From positions 12,733 through 76,732 of IMG/VR virus record IMGVR_UViG_2751185860_000001: a stretch of DNA of 64,000 nt, one strand, 5' to 3'. Positions 60,007 through 64,000 of this stretch are shown here, in pieces. The DNA is from a virus. Lineage: Duplodnaviria; Caudoviricetes. A model generated the notes under the pieces. That model had not been told where the DNA came from. It ran no database searches and worked only from the letters and a program-made list of their open reading frames with translations. Position numbers and translations under genes: made by a program. The first letter of the stretch is position 1, and every line of letters starts with the position of its first letter.

Positions 60007-60516
60007 TTAAGCTTGAAGACACTCCTTTTGTTCAAAAGGAATAACTTTTTGGGACGATGAAAACTCTACCGATTTAGTTAACTGTTTTACATTGGCTTCA
60101 GCGTTGTTTTGACCATTGAGTATATCAAACAACTTTATCTTTAAAGCCAGTTTTTTCTTTTGCTTCTGTAACGCCTTATTTTTTTGCTCAATTAGATTAG
60201 ACAGATTTTCAAGTGTAGTTTGCTCTTCCTGAATCAATTGACCTTCTTCTTCAAGGGTTTCTTCATAGCGTTTCAGACAACTTTCAACTTTTGACTTATG
60301 CAACATCTCTTTTAATGAAGGGACATTTTCTTTGAGTAAGCGAACACTTTCTTGAATAGAATATTGTTTCTCAAGCTCATCATCTGTACTATTCTCAGGC
60401 GGTATTATCCCTGTGTATTCTTCTATTAATATACTTGCATTCTCAATTCTCTTATTACGATTTATTAATCTGTAAAATCGTGTATAAATTTCTTTTAACA
60501 TTTCCTTTGCTTTCAT
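60007..60516 (-). CDS. Hypothetical coiled-coil protein
   Basis: ORF overlapping the cro-like stop. Confidence 0.6.
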   Translation of the reverse strand: MKAKEMLKEIYTRFYRLINRNKRIENASILIEEYTGIIPPENSTDDELEKQYSIQESVRLLKENVPSLKEMLHKSKVESCLKRYEETLEEEGQLIQEEQTTLENLSNLIEQKNKALQKQKKKLALKIKLFDILNGQNNAEANVKQLTKSVEFSSSQKVIPFEQKECLQA

Positions 60517-60854
60517 AATCTTTCTTCTGTTTGATAGGACGAATTATTCTGTTGATGCTCATTATCTGTGGAACTTTCCAAAAACGTAGATGTTGGAGAT
60601 GTTTCTTTTTTCTGCATTAAGTTTTGCAAACGTTCAGGATAAAAGAAATCCTCAGGACGTAAGTCTATGTTGTTGTGTTTGGCGTAACTAAGCAATTGTG
60701 CTTGGTAAGTTGCAGGAAACAATCCATTAGCACCACCTTTTTTCTTAGAGTAGGTTATACGATAAACAGCCCCCTTACATTTATGTAAAATGCGGGCGAT
60801 ATTAGCAGTTCCCCCTAAATACTTTATAATGGTATATGCAGGTTCTTGTTTCAT
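60513..60854 (-). CDS. Cro-like HTH regulator
   Basis: LGGTANIARIL...AVYR; divergent from repressor. Confidence 0.75.
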   Translation of the reverse strand: MKQEPAYTIIKYLGGTANIARILHKCKGAVYRITYSKKKGGANGLFPATYQAQLLSYAKHNNIDLRPEDFFYPERLQNLMQKKETSPTSTFLESSTDNEHQQNNSSYQTEERL

Positions 60855-60865
60855 AACAGTATAGT

Positions 60866-60960
60866 TTCATAAATTCTGAATTTTATCAAGAAAAAAATTC
60901 AGAATTTATGATATTGATTTTTCATTCAATCTGAAAGAGTTTTATTTCATGGAACGTGAA
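60866..60960. promoter_or_regulatory. Switch operators TTCA-N7-TGA(A/T)
   Basis: Copies at 60866, 60898 (one mismatch), 60921, 60946; a fifth at 61376. Confidence 0.75.
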
Positions 60961-61260
60961 CAATTAAGATTATGGCTTAATGAGCAGTTAGCTAAAAAAG
61001 GACACGGCAGCAAAAAAATGCTGGCTGAGCATCTAGGCATATTGCCATCCACTCTAACCAGCATATTGAATAGTTCGGGTGCAAACCGCTCAATAAAAGC
61101 AGATGAGTTAATAAAAATTATTAACTTTGTTGGTGAGATACCTCCCTTTTTAATTAAAGGGTCTGGGCAATTCGTCAGTCTTTTTTATCAAGCAAATCCT
61201 GAAGTTCAGCAAGCTGTTTTAACGATTCTTCAGAATTTTTGCTCTTTAGACAAAAAATAA
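60949..61260 (+). CDS. CI-like repressor, HTH only (no S24 peptidase domain)
   Basis: KKMLAEHLGILPSTLTSIL...RSIKADEL; 103 aa. Confidence 0.8.
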   Translation: MEREQLRLWLNEQLAKKGHGSKKMLAEHLGILPSTLTSILNSSGANRSIKADELIKIINFVGEIPPFLIKGSGQFVSLFYQANPEVQQAVLTILQNFCSLDKK

Positions 61261-61321
61261 TAGCAGCTACCACTTTTTTATCTGCACAATCCCAAAGTTT
61301 TTTTAACATTTTTTCTTTCAT
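61175..61321 (-). CDS. 48-aa ORF antisense to the repressor 3' end (absent from ORF track)
   Basis: GGGAGA RBS; MKEKMLKKLWDCADKKVVAAIIFCLKSKNSEESLKQLAELQDLLDKKD. Confidence 0.35.
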   Translation of the reverse strand: MKEKMLKKLWDCADKKVVAAIIFCLKSKNSEESLKQLAELQDLLDKKD

Positions 61322-61385
61322 TATTTTTCTCCCGCATAAATATTTTATATTTTATGAATTTTATAATTGACATTTTTCATTAAAA

Positions 61386-61844
61386 ATGAAATATGTCTAC
61401 CCCATATTTAGAAATAAAACATTTGCCAACACGAATGAGAGGGGATGGAAGATGAATAAACAGGTTTCTGTAGCTGATCATGAAATTCTGTTGGTTGTAT
61501 GTGATGATGATTATCCCTATGCTGAGTTTGGACCATTTGAAGAAACTGAAATCCTAGATATTGTTAATGGTTTAGACGATGTTGAAATCATTCTTCGCAT
61601 TAACCTTACGTCAAACTGCTGTTTTGATATTTCAGAAGAAGTTGCTGAAATCTACGTAAAGAATAGCGACTCCTCTCTTTTAGAGTGCAAAACACATCCC
61701 TTTATAAAGGACAGTCGTGCGTATCATCTTCTTTCAGAAAATGTCTCAAAAGAGATATATGCTGATGAAGTCTACGGTACTTATGAAGAGCAGCACCGTT
61801 TGCGTCCTTGTGATGTTTTAAACATGAATTATCGGAGGATCTAA
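61386..61844 (+). CDS. Hypothetical acidic protein (start probably near 61451)
   Basis: GAGAGGGG RBS before MNKQ. Confidence 0.6.
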   Translation: MKYVYPIFRNKTFANTNERGWKMNKQVSVADHEILLVVCDDDYPYAEFGPFEETEILDIVNGLDDVEIILRINLTSNCCFDISEEVAEIYVKNSDSSLLECKTHPFIKDSRAYHLLSENVSKEIYADEVYGTYEEQHRLRPCDVLNMNYRRI

Positions 61845-61846
61845 TA

Positions 61847-62590
61847 ATGGAAGCGCTTATCGCTATTCATAACAATACAATTAATCAAGAAACTGTTCAA
61901 ACAGTCAATGCACGTGAATTGCATGTGTTTTTGGAAGTTGGTAAGAAGTTTGCAGATTGGATTACTGAACGTATTAATCAATATGAATTCGTTGAAAATC
62001 AAGACTTTGTTTGCTTCCCAATTTTGGGAAGCAAAGGCAGAGGCGGTCACAATCGCAAAGAATACCATCTTACTTTAGACATGGCGAAAGAACTTGCTAT
62101 GGTTGAACGTAATGAAAAGGGTAAACAAGCCCGTCAATATTTCATTGAGTGTGAACGGAAAGCAAAACAGCCTTTAGACCTCGTCAGTGCTTTGCAGAAT
62201 CCTCTCTCAATTAGGCAATTGCTTTTAGAGAGCATTACACAATTGGAAGATTTGAGAACTGAGGTTAAAACACTTAAACCAAAAGCAGAAGCACTTGAAA
62301 GTTTAAAACGCTCTGATGGTTTGTTTGCTTTATATGAAGCTGCAAAGATGTTAGATGTACGTCCCACAGATTTTACTAAGCACTTACAGTTCCATAAGTG
62401 GGCTTATCGTAATTTTCCGGGTGGGCCTTTGTTACCTTGTCAGGATAAAATCAATAGAGGATTGATGGATTGTGTAATCCACACCATTCAAAAATCAGAC
62501 GGAACAAAAATGAGCGTTTCCAGTGCAAAAATCACAGTCAAAGGATTGGCACGCCTAAGAGAACAGTTCCAAAAACAGACTCTGCATTAA
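61847..62590 (+). CDS. Antirepressor, AntA N-domain plus KilAC-like C-domain
   Basis: N-terminus similar to the 21588 ORF; LKPKAEAL...KITVKGL C-domain. Confidence 0.9.
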   Translation: MEALIAIHNNTINQETVQTVNARELHVFLEVGKKFADWITERINQYEFVENQDFVCFPILGSKGRGGHNRKEYHLTLDMAKELAMVERNEKGKQARQYFIECERKAKQPLDLVSALQNPLSIRQLLLESITQLEDLRTEVKTLKPKAEALESLKRSDGLFALYEAAKMLDVRPTDFTKHLQFHKWAYRNFPGGPLLPCQDKINRGLMDCVIHTIQKSDGTKMSVSSAKITVKGLARLREQFQKQTLH

Positions 62591-62601
62591 GGATAAAGAT
62601 A

Positions 62602-63378
62602 ATGACAACTTCCCTTATAGCAACAGTGGCACAGAAATACAGTTTCTCTGAACAAGAATTCCGCAAAAATGTTATAAATAATTGTATCAATTTCAATATT
62701 TCTGAGGAAGATTTTGTTTTCTTTATCTATCTTGCCAATGAATATGGATTAAACCCTCTTAAAAAAGAAATATACGCAATTAAAAAATATGGTGGCGGTA
62801 TTATCCCAATTGTCGGTATCGATGGTTGGATAAAGATCATTCATTCACACGATAATTTCGATGGAATGACCTTTCAAGACCAACTCGATAACGATGGCAA
62901 ACTAATTGCTACTACATGTACTGTATATTTGAAGGATAAGAAGCATCCAGTAGAAGTTGCTGAATATCTTAAAGAATGCAAACAAAATACAAAACCTTGG
63001 AATGAATATCCCTTTCGCATGCTACGTCATAAAGCAGTTGCACAATGTGCACGTTATGCATTCGGTTTATCTGGTATCTATGATGAAGACGAAGCTGCTC
63101 GTATCAATGAAGCTAACCATAATCCCCAAAATGAGAGGGTATCTGATGAATCACTCGCACAGATTAAAGAGCTAATACAACAAACAAAAACAGAAGAAGC
63201 AAAAGTACTCTCTTTTGCAAAGGTCTTAAGCCTCACAGAGATGTCTCATGAGAAAGGGCAAATTATTTTAGAACATTTGAAGGATAGACAACGTTCACAA
63301 GTGGATGAAGAGCAACAAGCTTTACCTTCACCAAAACAACCAAACACACCAACTCAACAAAATCTACCAGGGGTGTGA
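62602..63378 (+). CDS. bet: Phage recombinase Bet (Red-beta/RecT family)
   Basis: YGLNPLKKEIY, IVGIDGWIKI, MLRHKAVAQCARYAFG. Confidence 0.92.
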   Translation: MTTSLIATVAQKYSFSEQEFRKNVINNCINFNISEEDFVFFIYLANEYGLNPLKKEIYAIKKYGGGIIPIVGIDGWIKIIHSHDNFDGMTFQDQLDNDGKLIATTCTVYLKDKKHPVEVAEYLKECKQNTKPWNEYPFRMLRHKAVAQCARYAFGLSGIYDEDEAARINEANHNPQNERVSDESLAQIKELIQQTKTEEAKVLSFAKVLSLTEMSHEKGQIILEHLKDRQRSQVDEEQQALPSPKQPNTPTQQNLPGV

Positions 63379-63379
63379 C

Positions 63380-64000
63380 ATGGAACAAAGGACACCAGAG
63401 TGGTTTCGAGCTCGTTTAGGTAAAGTCACAGCCTCAAACATTGACAGCATTGTTGATAAAACAAGTAAAGGCTCACCAACAAGCAAATATGAAAACTATA
63501 AAATCAAACTCATTGCAGAACGTTTAACAGACAAAGCAATATTATCTTATGAAACGCCTGCCATGCGTTGGGGAAATGAACACGAAGACAGTGCAATTGA
63601 AGAATATAGCTTCATTTACGATACCAACGTCACCCGATGTGGATTTATTCCCCATCCGACAATTGAAATGGCAGGCGCTAGTCCTGATGGTCTCATTGGA
63701 GATGAGGGCCTCATAGAAGTCAAATGCCCTCAAGAAACAACACACACACGTTTTTTGCTAAGTGGTGAAATCAAACCTGAATATATCTTACAAATGCAAT
63801 TCCAAATGGCTTGCACAGGACGAAAATGGTGTGACTTTGTCAGTTTCAATCCCTTGTTTACTCATCAAGTAACTCATTTGCGAGTAAAGGCGCTACGTAT
63901 CCCACGCGATGATGAACAGATTGAGCTCATCAATAAAGCTGTCGAAACATTTTTAGCAGAAATAGAACAGGATATGCAAATCTTGACAAAAGCTGTTTAA
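63380..64000 (+). CDS. exo: Lambda/YqaJ-type exonuclease
   Basis: QRTPEWFRARLGKVTAS, GASPDGL, EVKCP. Confidence 0.95.
   Translation: MEQRTPEWFRARLGKVTASNIDSIVDKTSKGSPTSKYENYKIKLIAERLTDKAILSYETPAMRWGNEHEDSAIEEYSFIYDTNVTRCGFIPHPTIEMAGASPDGLIGDEGLIEVKCPQETTHTRFLLSGEIKPEYILQMQFQMACTGRKWCDFVSFNPLFTHQVTHLRVKALRIPRDDEQIELINKAVETFLAEIEQDMQILTKAV

Larger units (their letters stand above)
20014..64000. mobile_element. Prophage 2: lambda-type head, P2-type contractile tail, lambdoid early region (continues past window end)
   Basis: Integrase, terminases, portal, S49 protease, gpE capsid, baseplate, sheath, lysis, replication, cro/cI, bet/exo. Confidence 0.9.

Overview
AT-rich alphaproteobacterial DNA; gene content and protein style strongly suggest Bartonella (inference, no database check). 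The window is almost entirely prophage. (1) 1-19,900: complete late region of a podovirus-like prophage (terminases, P22-like portal, scaffold, N4-gp56-like capsid, adaptor/nozzle, ejection proteins, transglycosylase, tail-collar and Gly-rich fibres, lysozyme, spanin pair). (2) About 20,014: a tRNA-3'-end-like att core, then a P4-type tyrosine integrase. (3) 21.3-53.9 kb: C4-like antisense element and antirepressor, ssb, candidate late regulator, HicAB, late promoter, a decayed type ISP restriction-modification gene, a lambda-like cos site, a lambda-type head and P2-type contractile tail, muramidase and spanins. (4) 54-64 kb: lambdoid early region (Rha antirepressor, Dam-type methylase cassette, replication genes, RuvC-like, cro/cI switch, antirepressor, Bet, Exo) whose cro/replication operon points toward the late genes, head-to-head with lysis. 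Main observation: the 31.7 kb ssb-to-lysis segment lies between two 234-bp inverted repeats that I read as identical (21975-22208 and 53942-54175); flipping it would restore canonical lambdoid order. Also notable: the podo and myo structural modules share a co-linear late leader and homologous spanins, two antisense switches show compensatory base changes, antirepressor domains are shuffled, and several virion genes carry -1 frameshifts. All comparisons were made by eye; family names come from recalled motifs, not searches.
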